From: a virus
Lineage: Duplodnaviria; Caudoviricetes
Reading direction: 5' to 3' (one strand)
DNA length: 64,000 nt
IMG/VR virus record: IMGVR_UViG_3300042431_000223
Location: 1-64,000 of that record
The notes below the pieces were generated by a model. That model did no database searches and had not been told where the DNA came from. It saw nothing but the letters and a program-made list of their open reading frames with translations. Positions 17,020-26,154 of this stretch are shown piece after piece. The translations under genes and the position numbers were made by a program. Position 1 is the stretch's first letter, and each line of letters starts with the position of its first letter.

Positions 17020-20000
17020 TAGTTACAGGGTGGTGGGTTTTTAGTTTCTGGGGTGTGATCTCTCTCATCTAAATCTTTTGTATCACCTAAAGTTAGACCT
17101 AGCGAATTTAATATAAGTAACGCATTTTTAGCTTCACTGTCAGTAAATTCTTTGTTAGATTCTTTAATTTGATTAATCTGATTTTCACTAATATTTATAG
17201 GCTGACTTGCTTTAGGATTAGCTGTCCGAAGGTCTAACTGAGTCATAACGTTCTTGTCGTATGTCAGCTTAATAACTGCATCAGATATGTCACTTTTGTT
17301 CTGAGGTAATACAGGAACTCGGTTTGCAGCTTGCGTCAACATGTTAATTGTGATAACGCCATCATTTACTTCGTACTGAGAAGCGTAAGCATAGATATTA
17401 ATACTAACTACAGGCAAGTCAAAGTCTTCTGATAGTATAGCATAGGTAGTCTGTTGACTTCCCCATTTCTTAATGTTTGAAGGTATTTTATCTGTAGAGA
17501 TATAAAGACCATTCTTAAAGTGCTGTTCATTTCTAAACTTCTTATTTTTAAAGTCGATAATATGAACTCCTCCATCAGCATCTACTGCTACAATATCCAT
17601 AGCACCTGCTACACCAGCATAACCAGTTGCTAGTTTTTCTGCATCAGTAAACTTACGGTAAACTACAAGTCCTTCGGTAAATAGCTGATATCCGTTGCGG
17701 TTTAGTTCTTTCTTAAATTCCTGAAGTTCTTTTACAGCTGCGTCAAACTGTTCTTGAGTTAGTTCTAGTTTATAACCTTTACCGTCTCTAAGAACTTTAC
17801 CCATACCTTCTGCTTCTTTAATGTACTCTTCTCTAGATTTTAAAGTACGCCCTCCAAGAACGTCACGGCCAATAATATCAAGTAAGTTACCGACAGCAGC
17901 ACCTAACTCCATTAACTCTTTATTTTCTGTAGGCTCTCCAGTTTCAACTCCATTAGTATCTGCGTCTCCTAAAGTTCTCTTAGTAAATCCAGATTGACGC
18001 TCATACTTCTCCCCATCAATAATGTAACCTACTTTATCAGGATCAGGTATAGTTTTAGCTTTAGCAACTAATTTGTTAAGCGATTCTATTGTTTTGTTTT
18101 GGCTATCCGCATTAACAATAACTCTAGTTACTTTTTCTGACTTTTTAGTTTCTACAGGAGAAAGACTTTCTGTTACAGGAATCATTTCATCTGTAAAGAA
18201 TTCGTAGACAAGACTTCGTGTTATTGTTCCATCTTTATCCTGCTTCTTATCAACTCTAGGTCTTCCATTTAATTGAACTCCTTTATTAACTCTCTCCCCT
18301 TCTTTTACTTTTCCTCTTAAACCGTCCATTGCTTTTTGTTGTGAAGTAACTTCACCTTTACCTTGTTTACTTGTAGGTAAATAAACTAGCAAAGCTTGAT
18401 TACCATTATTTGTTTTATTACCCTCACTATCAAACTTTTGAACACGTCCCTCAGTATCAACTGCTGTAAATGTCAAAGCATTTAAATCTTTAAAGTCAAT
18501 ACCTTCTGAAGCTATTATAGGGAAAGTTAAAACTGTTTCAGGATCTTTAACATCAAGGAAAGGAAACCATTGTTTATCGAACATTTCATTTCCTTTACTA
18601 TCAAGCATAGGATTTCCTTCTGCGTCAAGAATAGGAGTTTTCTTCAAAAATAAAATCCTATCATTCTTAGAAAGAACTTCTACGTCTCTTACAACTCTTC
18701 CGTCTTTTAAATTAATTTGAGCTACTGTCTTAGGTTCCCATTCTCCTTTTGCATTTTTCCTTGCTTTGTTAAGAGCAAAGATTTCAGCTTGAGTTGCATT
18801 TTTATTGATTTGAGTTTGTTGATTAACGTCTACTCGAGAAACATTTCCAATCATCTGAGAGTCAAACATATAGTTCAATGCAGATGCTTTCATAAATCCT
18901 TCTGGAAACAATCCCATAAACTCTAATTTAAGCTGAGCTAAACGTTCAGGAGTTGGCTTAGATTTAACTTCGTTAAAGATAGTTTCCATCTGCTGTAAAG
19001 TAGATTCACCAAGAACTTGTTCAATAACAGTAAACAAATCAACAATACTAGTATTAGTAGTTCTATGTTCTTTATCTATAGTTCTAGTTATTTTCTCTTG
19101 TACCCCAGCATGTTTTGCGTCCTTGTGATTTTCGCTATTTGGTATAAATACAGGACTAGTTTCCATTAACTGAGTTTGATTGTTAACTTGACTTACCTGC
19201 TCTTCATTCTTAGGAGGCTCAGGATTAGTTTCAGCATTAGATGCTTTGTAATTTACTTCAGTTGTACCTACGTTAAAGTCGGTATCAAAAGGAGACACAG
19301 GGGCTTCTATGATTGTTTTAGCTTTTTTGCTTTTCTTTGCTCTAGCGTCTTTTTTCTTTTTAGCAATTAAATCTCTTATACTACTATACCTAGGATCAGT
19401 ATCAGGATTCATAGATCCGTAGAAAGTAGTTGGAGATTTAGATGTAACTCCTCCTATCCCTCCTGGGTACTGTAGTATGAAATCTATAAGATCTTGTGGG
19501 CTTATCTCTTGACCTCCATTTAAATCAGTTGCACGTTGTGCTATTCTATCTAAACTAAATCCTTCTCCTTTCTTACCAAGATAGCCAAAGATAATTGCTT
19601 TACCTTCTCTACCCTGTAAGTTTGCTTTATCTGAAAATGCAACAAAAGAATCTCTAGTTACTCGCATCTCATCTAAAGCTTGGGCAATGGGAGGCAAGTC
19701 TCCTACACCAGATAAGAAAGCTTCTTTCTCCATTTGATACTCCATGTACAGCTGTTCGTCAGCAATAGCATCTTGTAACTCTTCTTCCCTACGTCGAGCG
19801 TCTTCTTCTCTTTGTATTCTTTCTTGCTCTTCTCTAGCTGCTAATTCTTCTGGAGTTAACCTAGGTTGATTCTCAAGTAAATTTAATTGTCTCCCTCCAG
19901 CACTTCTAGGTTTTTCTATAGCAGCTACATCATCTGTAGAAGCAGCAGTAGATTCTTCTAAATCAACTATTGGATCTTCTATAATAGGCTCTACAACTCT

Positions 20001-23000
20001 AGGTGCAAACTTCAGTTTGCTTGTATCCATGTTTGCTTTAATTAAAAGCATCTCAAACATGTGTGTGTAGTCTTCTTCAAACAGTGGCTTGTCGTTAGCC
20101 ATTGCCTCCATTAACTCAAGAGTCTTAACAATGTCTTCGGGAGTAGAACCTGCAGCTTCCATAACAACACGCATTTTAGCTTGTGCGGCTTCTAAAGAAT
20201 CAGACTCTAATATATCTCCTAACAAGTTAGCTATTATAACAGCTCGTTCTTTACTATACTCTTCAGTAGTTACTAACTCTGCTTCAGTTTCATTTTGTGT
20301 AGTAACCACTTCAGTCTCAGGCATAGATTCTAGCATCTCAACTGCCTCAGTAAATTCTGGAGTAACGTCACTAGGTAAAAGTTCTGGACTAGTTACTTCT
20401 ATTGTTTTACCTGTTTCAGAATCTATTTCTTCGGTAGTTACTGTTTCTCTTGCCTCGGTACTAGTATCCGTAGGTTGTGCTGCTTCTCTTCTCTGCCTTC
20501 TTTCTTCTACCTTCTTATCTATGTCTTTTCTGTTTCCGTCTGTAAAGTCTAAGAAACTTCCAGTATCATAAAATACACTTTGAGGAAAACTATCTGCATT
20601 CTCAATTACCTCAGTTAAAGCAATACCTAAATCATTAGATTGATTAACAATTCCTTGCCACCACTCTGTTTGTTTTTGGTCTCTTTCTTCTTGGTCTTCA
20701 ATTTCCAATAATTCTCTTGGAATTACTTTAGTAATTGCTTTTTTAAGAATACCGTCTACCTCTGTTTTTCTATTTGCTATGTCTTCAAATTGATCACTAT
20801 ACTCTTTAACTATTGCTTCTAGTTCAGCATTTTGCTCGTCGTTTAATTGTTCTATTGCCTCGTCTCTATCATAAGAAGAGTTTTCATCTACTCCTTGTTC
20901 CGCAGTTTGGTTTATGGTATTATAATTTTCTCCTAAAACCGTTTGCAGATACGCGTCTATATGTCTTTCTTGTTCAACTTCTAGTGCTTCAAGTTGTTGG
21001 TCAAAATAACCATTCAAAAAAGATATTAAATCTTTTCCTCTGTCAGGAGCCAAGTAAGCTTGAGCTAAAGCATTTATTAACTCTTCTTCGCTACTTATAC
21101 TCTCTAGGTTAGTTGTAGTATTTGTATTTTCTATATGATCTACAATAGGATTGTAAGTACCTGCTTGTATAGCATTTTCCTCTGCTTGTTTACGTTCTTG
21201 TATCAGAGTAGACAGACTGTCTCTGTACTCCCTCATACTGTCTACAAAGTACTGAGGTCTTTCCTCAGCAATAGCTAATGCAGTAAAGTCATCTACTTCT
21301 TTTTCTACACTTTCTAGATTTGAAGTAGTACTTAATCTTCCTAGTCCTAATTTCTTTTTTACATTATCGTCAAGAACAGCTTTCTTATCTTCGTCTGTCA
21401 TTTGACTATAAAAGTCTGCTCTTTCCTTGTACTCAGAGATTTTTTTGCTAGCCTCTTCTGCTTGTTTTAAAAGTTCTTCTTTTTGTTCTGGAGTGTATGT
21501 ATTCTTTTCTAATCCTGTTAACTTTTCTTCTATAGACTTTTGTTTAAGTACATTCTTAAAGTAATCAAACTGAAAGTTAGGATCTTCCATTAAGTCTACT
21601 AACTGAGTTACTTTACCTGCTCTTGCATTTCTCAGTTTACTTATTCCATACTCTTTTTCTACAGATTCAAGTTCTTGGATTTTGCTAATAACTTGAGCAG
21701 CTTTATCTTGTGACATCTCACCAGCTTTAACTGCCTCTTGTACTTTGTTTTTGTAGTACTGAGAGTTAAGCATAATGTCATACATCTCACCATACTTTCT
21801 ATTCTCTTTATATTGCTTAAGTTGGTTTTTTACACCAAAAGGAAAACTAACAAATGCTCCTGCAAATGCACTCTCGATACCTTCTAAAGTAAGTTCTTCT
21901 TTAGGTTTTGCTTGTAGGTTAGCTAGTCCTAAATTACTAGCTGCTACATTTAAGATTTCTGCCGTAACCTCTTCTAATCCTTCTTCTGCTCCTCGACTAA
22001 TCATAAGTCTGCCAACAGCTCCTCCTTTTCCTGCTAGGGCTAAAGAGCGAGTTGCTAAATAATCTAACGCTTTGGGAGAAAAAGCATCTCCAAAAACATT
22101 TCCATATAATGTTCTATACTGTTGAAAACTTCCTCTCCACGCTTTGCCTAAAACACCTGCTTCTGCAAAATCATCTAAGTAACGCATTTCTGGGAAAACG
22201 TTTTCTGTAAATACTTCAATAGATGTAGTAATACCTGCAACTGCATGTGCTTTTGCACTTGCATTTTCTACACCTCGTTCATACAAATCATTGTAAGTAC
22301 TTACGTATGTTTGAGGATAAATTATAGATCCCATAGCTATTGCACCAGGAACCCTTTGACTTAATAGATTAACTAATGGATTTTTACTTGCAGCAGTTAC
22401 AGTTTGAAATGCTTTAGAGTAACTGTTGGTAGCTCCTAATATCTGAGTAAATTGTTTTGCTCTGGTAGCAGACATCAAACCTTTACCAATTAGGGTAGTC
22501 ATTCCTGCACTTAATCCTCTTCCTGCTAAAGCAGTTATTCCTGTACCTCCAACTAAAGTTGATATAACCAACGGAGTCATTTGTGCTCCTTGATATAATA
22601 AAGTACTTGGTTGGTAGTGTTTTTCTCCTGATTCATCTATAAATGTATAATCAGCAGTTGTTTGAAATTGTCCTTTTTTGTTTACTCTTTCAAAGTTTAC
22701 AAGTTCGTCAACAGTAACCATATTGTTGAATCTTCTTGACTTAGTTTCGAGCCAATCCCATCCTGTCATTTTTCCAACTGCCTCTACCATTTGTCCTGGA
22801 ATTAAAGCAGCTCCAGAAAAAAGATGCTGCCCTGTTCTCCAAGTAGTAAATCCTGCTTTCTTCCAATTTGTTTCTCCAAATTGAATCTCAGCTTTTGCTT
22901 GCTTTTTATCTTCTAAGTCTAGGTACGAAGTGAGGAATCCTTTTAACTCAGAATTACTTCTATAGTTTTTAGGATCATGAATTTCTGCAACTTTGGTAAT

Positions 23001-24407
23001 TAGCTTCTTGTTAAAATCTACTTCCTTACTTAACAAAGCAAATTGATTTTGCAACTCTTCTGCCTGTTCATCTGTTAAGTTTGGATTCTTACTTTGTTTA
23101 ATTAAAGCTTCTTGTTTTTTTACAGAAGAGATAATATCGTTAGTTAACTCATTTATAATGTTTCCGCCAATCTTAGCATGAGACTCAATCAAGTGACCTT
23201 TAACTTGATTATATCTAGTTTCATCTTCTTCATCTCCTGTTAAAGCAGTTCCTTGAAGAAAACGATTTAAAGCCATTTCGTTTAAAACTTGTGGTCCTCC
23301 TCTTTCTATATCTTTTTGAGTTAATGGTTTATCTAAATACTCTTCTTTATAAACATTTTTAAGTAAAGTTGAGATATCGCTATTAACTACTCCTAACCCA
23401 CCAGCTTTATTTTTATATCCATCTAGAGATTTTAAAAACTCATCGTCATTTGTATATTGACCTCTTAATGCTTTAATGTTTGCAGTGCTTTTCTTTGCCT
23501 CAAAAGCATTTGCTTTCTCAAGATAAGTATCCTCAATACCTCTTTTTATCTTTTGCAGTTCTGCTATTTGAGTTGTTGTTTGAGGTCGCACTTTAAGATT
23601 ATATTCTATAGCCTCATTTGCACTCTCTTTGTCTTGTGATCTACCTGCCGCACCTTCATAATAGACTATATCTTCGTTTAACCTTTTTAGTTTGTTGTTT
23701 ACTTCTTCTAATAAAAGGTTTTTACTTTTTTGTAAAGTTTCAGGGTCTTGAGCAGTTAAGAAATTTTTAGTCATATTTTCTAATGACTTAGTTCTTTCTT
23801 TACTTTGTAAATCAGCTTGGGCTTTTTGTTCTGGACTTGTATATTGAGAAAAATCAACAACTTTTCCTACTTTAACTATAGGGCTATCTAAATTCTTGAC
23901 TGTGTGAAGTATAGCTTGGTCTAAAGGTTTTACATCACTTTTTAGTCCCCAACCACCATTATATAATTTTTTATCTATGTAGTTTGTATTATCAATAGGA
24001 GTAATTGCTTCTTGTTGAGCTAGCTCTGCTTTAGTGGGCATAAACTTATCATCAAAGAAAGTTTTAAGTTTCTTTGGTCTAGGAGGCCCAACTAAATTAC
24101 TTGGCGCAGTACCTTGAGGAGCCTCAGGCATAGCCATCATATTCTTCAAGTAACTTCCATCTCCTGTGTTACGTGTGTATGTTCCAGCCTGAATACCACT
24201 ACTTAAACTAGGCACAGGACCAACTTGCGTTGAAGGACTAGGTAAGGGAGCCGCACTATAACCTCCTTCTAAAGCTTGTTTATTGTAGAAGTTTATTCTA
24301 GTTTGAGCTGCTTGTATATCTACTTTGTCGGCCTCTGAAAATGCTGCACTAGTGCTAACACCTTTTGACATCAAGCCAATAGCTTTAATTGTTCCTGGAG
24401 TGTACAT
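17019..24407 (-). CDS. Giant ejected cargo protein (2462 aa) with a hydrophobic helical region and a C-terminal PD-(D/E)xK nuclease-like domain
   Basis: Gly/Ala-rich hydrophobic helices at about 21830-22590, an acidic central linker, and AGAMDIVAVDADGGVHIIDFKNK (D 17595-17597; DFK 17547-17555). Its only Cys is the penultimate residue. Confidence 0.85.
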   Translation of the reverse strand: MYTPGTIKAIGLMSKGVSTSAAFSEADKVDIQAAQTRINFYNKQALEGGYSAAPLPSPSTQVGPVPSLSSGIQAGTYTRNTGDGSYLKNMMAMPEAPQGTAPSNLVGPPRPKKLKTFFDDKFMPTKAELAQQEAITPIDNTNYIDKKLYNGGWGLKSDVKPLDQAILHTVKNLDSPIVKVGKVVDFSQYTSPEQKAQADLQSKERTKSLENMTKNFLTAQDPETLQKSKNLLLEEVNNKLKRLNEDIVYYEGAAGRSQDKESANEAIEYNLKVRPQTTTQIAELQKIKRGIEDTYLEKANAFEAKKSTANIKALRGQYTNDDEFLKSLDGYKNKAGGLGVVNSDISTLLKNVYKEEYLDKPLTQKDIERGGPQVLNEMALNRFLQGTALTGDEEDETRYNQVKGHLIESHAKIGGNIINELTNDIISSVKKQEALIKQSKNPNLTDEQAEELQNQFALLSKEVDFNKKLITKVAEIHDPKNYRSNSELKGFLTSYLDLEDKKQAKAEIQFGETNWKKAGFTTWRTGQHLFSGAALIPGQMVEAVGKMTGWDWLETKSRRFNNMVTVDELVNFERVNKKGQFQTTADYTFIDESGEKHYQPSTLLYQGAQMTPLVISTLVGGTGITALAGRGLSAGMTTLIGKGLMSATRAKQFTQILGATNSYSKAFQTVTAASKNPLVNLLSQRVPGAIAMGSIIYPQTYVSTYNDLYERGVENASAKAHAVAGITTSIEVFTENVFPEMRYLDDFAEAGVLGKAWRGSFQQYRTLYGNVFGDAFSPKALDYLATRSLALAGKGGAVGRLMISRGAEEGLEEVTAEILNVAASNLGLANLQAKPKEELTLEGIESAFAGAFVSFPFGVKNQLKQYKENRKYGEMYDIMLNSQYYKNKVQEAVKAGEMSQDKAAQVISKIQELESVEKEYGISKLRNARAGKVTQLVDLMEDPNFQFDYFKNVLKQKSIEEKLTGLEKNTYTPEQKEELLKQAEEASKKISEYKERADFYSQMTDEDKKAVLDDNVKKKLGLGRLSTTSNLESVEKEVDDFTALAIAEERPQYFVDSMREYRDSLSTLIQERKQAEENAIQAGTYNPIVDHIENTNTTTNLESISSEEELINALAQAYLAPDRGKDLISFLNGYFDQQLEALEVEQERHIDAYLQTVLGENYNTINQTAEQGVDENSSYDRDEAIEQLNDEQNAELEAIVKEYSDQFEDIANRKTEVDGILKKAITKVIPRELLEIEDQEERDQKQTEWWQGIVNQSNDLGIALTEVIENADSFPQSVFYDTGSFLDFTDGNRKDIDKKVEERRQRREAAQPTDTSTEARETVTTEEIDSETGKTIEVTSPELLPSDVTPEFTEAVEMLESMPETEVVTTQNETEAELVTTEEYSKERAVIIANLLGDILESDSLEAAQAKMRVVMEAAGSTPEDIVKTLELMEAMANDKPLFEEDYTHMFEMLLIKANMDTSKLKFAPRVVEPIIEDPIVDLEESTAASTDDVAAIEKPRSAGGRQLNLLENQPRLTPEELAAREEQERIQREEDARRREEELQDAIADEQLYMEYQMEKEAFLSGVGDLPPIAQALDEMRVTRDSFVAFSDKANLQGREGKAIIFGYLGKKGEGFSLDRIAQRATDLNGGQEISPQDLIDFILQYPGGIGGVTSKSPTTFYGSMNPDTDPRYSSIRDLIAKKKKDARAKKSKKAKTIIEAPVSPFDTDFNVGTTEVNYKASNAETNPEPPKNEEQVSQVNNQTQLMETSPVFIPNSENHKDAKHAGVQEKITRTIDKEHRTTNTSIVDLFTVIEQVLGESTLQQMETIFNEVKSKPTPERLAQLKLEFMGLFPEGFMKASALNYMFDSQMIGNVSRVDVNQQTQINKNATQAEIFALNKARKNAKGEWEPKTVAQINLKDGRVVRDVEVLSKNDRILFLKKTPILDAEGNPMLDSKGNEMFDKQWFPFLDVKDPETVLTFPIIASEGIDFKDLNALTFTAVDTEGRVQKFDSEGNKTNNGNQALLVYLPTSKQGKGEVTSQQKAMDGLRGKVKEGERVNKGVQLNGRPRVDKKQDKDGTITRSLVYEFFTDEMIPVTESLSPVETKKSEKVTRVIVNADSQNKTIESLNKLVAKAKTIPDPDKVGYIIDGEKYERQSGFTKRTLGDADTNGVETGEPTENKELMELGAAVGNLLDIIGRDVLGGRTLKSREEYIKEAEGMGKVLRDGKGYKLELTQEQFDAAVKELQEFKKELNRNGYQLFTEGLVVYRKFTDAEKLATGYAGVAGAMDIVAVDADGGVHIIDFKNKKFRNEQHFKNGLYISTDKIPSNIKKWGSQQTTYAILSEDFDLPVVSINIYAYASQYEVNDGVITINMLTQAANRVPVLPQNKSDISDAVIKLTYDKNVMTQLDLRTANPKASQPINISENQINQIKESNKEFTDSEAKNALLILNSLGLTLGDTKDLDERDHTPETKNPPPCN

Positions 24408-24420
24408 TCTTTAATTTTAG

Positions 24421-26151
24421 TTAACCTCTTCCTGTTGTATCTGAAGTGCTTGGATTATAGGAACCTGTTGTTGTAGGCTTATATCCACTTGTTCCTGTTC
24501 CTGTTCCTGTTGTAGTAACTTCTAGTCCAGCTTTTAATTTTTCTTTAGCTTTCTTTGTAGCTTCTTCTTCACTTAACCCTCCTGCTACTCCTTCTGATAT
24601 TAAATCTTTTAGTTTTTTCTGTCCGCTGTTATCAGAAGACTTTCCTCTAGGAGAATACTTCATAGCATCTACAGTCATACCTGACTTAAATATGTCGGTT
24701 ATAGGAGCAGACAAGAAATCTTTTACAGAAGTCTGAGTTTGTCCAAGTCCGTTTGCCTTATCAAAGATAATCACATCTTGACTATTTGGATTACTTTCAT
24801 AACTCTGATAAATCTTTTGTAAAGTCGTAAGATTATCTATGTAACGTCTTTTGTTAATATCCGCAACTTTATCGTTCTTGCTAATAGCTGCAATAAGAGA
24901 ATTAATCTGTTCAGACTTGCTAGCTTTAGTATCTAACTTAAAGTCTTTAGGAAGTACAGTAGTACTCATAACATTCTTTAAATTGTACAAAGATGCTTGC
25001 ATTTCAGGTACAAAGTTTTCTTGTTGGAACTCAAACTGTGCAGTTAATCTTGCTTCTCGTCCAGTAGCACTAATTTGAGCCATTCTGTTTCTATGTTCTA
25101 GATTAGTCATAAAGACTTCATCTTTCTTCAAGTCACTCTTAACTTTTTCTACAGTTAAATTAGCAGCTATACCATTAATGAATCTTCTAGAAAAGAAAGG
25201 CAAGTATTCTTCCATATCAAATTCATCAGGATTCATATTTGCGTTTTGAGTAGCCGCAGTTATTACCGCATCACTCTCTTGAATGATTTTATCAAGATCG
25301 TTAAGCTCTTGTGTTTGCTCTGCTGTCCTATTCTTTAAAGCGGATAACTCACTCTTTCTGTACATAGCTTTCTTTTTAGTATCTTCAAACATAAGCTTTT
25401 CTTGCTTGTTTGCTCCCACCCAAGTTTGATATAGTACATCTGGACCCAGGCGATACATTTGTGCTTGAGCATGAATTTGTAATTGGTTTTGTTCTTCAGG
25501 ACTTAAACTAGCTTCAATACGTCTAGAAATCTCTTCTTGGGTTTTTCTTTCTATCTCTACTTTTTCTATGTACCCTGCTGGGCCTTGACGATAGATAGTT
25601 TGCATTTGTGCTTGTACATCTTTTTCAATCTTACTCACTTTGTCTTTAACATCTATGTACTGCTGATAGGTCTTACCTTTAGCTACTTTAGTATCTAACC
25701 CTCCTTTCTCAATGTATTGGTTCATGTCGTACATATAAACTAAATCGTTATCTGTACTTCTTAAAGACTTATCCATACCTTCTAGCTCTTTTGCTCGTCT
25801 TTGATACTCTAACCCATTGTCCAAAGCATTTTTAATGTATTGGTCATTTTCAAAAGGTTTACCTAAGTTAATAACAGCTTCTACGTTATTTAAGTTAGAA
25901 AAATCTAACCCTGCATTCTCTTGAACATTCTTAACAAGTTTGTTAAGTTCTTGGTCAAAATAATTTCGGGCATTCTCATTTACTATAGTGCTGCGAAGTT
26001 TCCCATAGTTATCTAGGTTTTGTTTAATTTGCTTACGTCCCTCATCAAACATCTCCTGCTTTTTCATGGCGACTTTAATAAAGTCGTCTGCAGGTAATGC
26101 ATTTACGTATTCATTAGTAACAAATCTATTATGTTGTGCTGCGATAGCCAT
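24421..26151 (-). CDS. Putative internal virion cargo/ejection protein
   Basis: 576 aa, alpha-helical, Cys-free; syntenic position directly upstream of the giant genes as in crAss-like phages. Confidence 0.7.
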   Translation of the reverse strand: MAIAAQHNRFVTNEYVNALPADDFIKVAMKKQEMFDEGRKQIKQNLDNYGKLRSTIVNENARNYFDQELNKLVKNVQENAGLDFSNLNNVEAVINLGKPFENDQYIKNALDNGLEYQRRAKELEGMDKSLRSTDNDLVYMYDMNQYIEKGGLDTKVAKGKTYQQYIDVKDKVSKIEKDVQAQMQTIYRQGPAGYIEKVEIERKTQEEISRRIEASLSPEEQNQLQIHAQAQMYRLGPDVLYQTWVGANKQEKLMFEDTKKKAMYRKSELSALKNRTAEQTQELNDLDKIIQESDAVITAATQNANMNPDEFDMEEYLPFFSRRFINGIAANLTVEKVKSDLKKDEVFMTNLEHRNRMAQISATGREARLTAQFEFQQENFVPEMQASLYNLKNVMSTTVLPKDFKLDTKASKSEQINSLIAAISKNDKVADINKRRYIDNLTTLQKIYQSYESNPNSQDVIIFDKANGLGQTQTSVKDFLSAPITDIFKSGMTVDAMKYSPRGKSSDNSGQKKLKDLISEGVAGGLSEEEATKKAKEKLKAGLEVTTTGTGTGTSGYKPTTTGSYNPSTSDTTGRG

Positions 26152-26154
26152 AGC

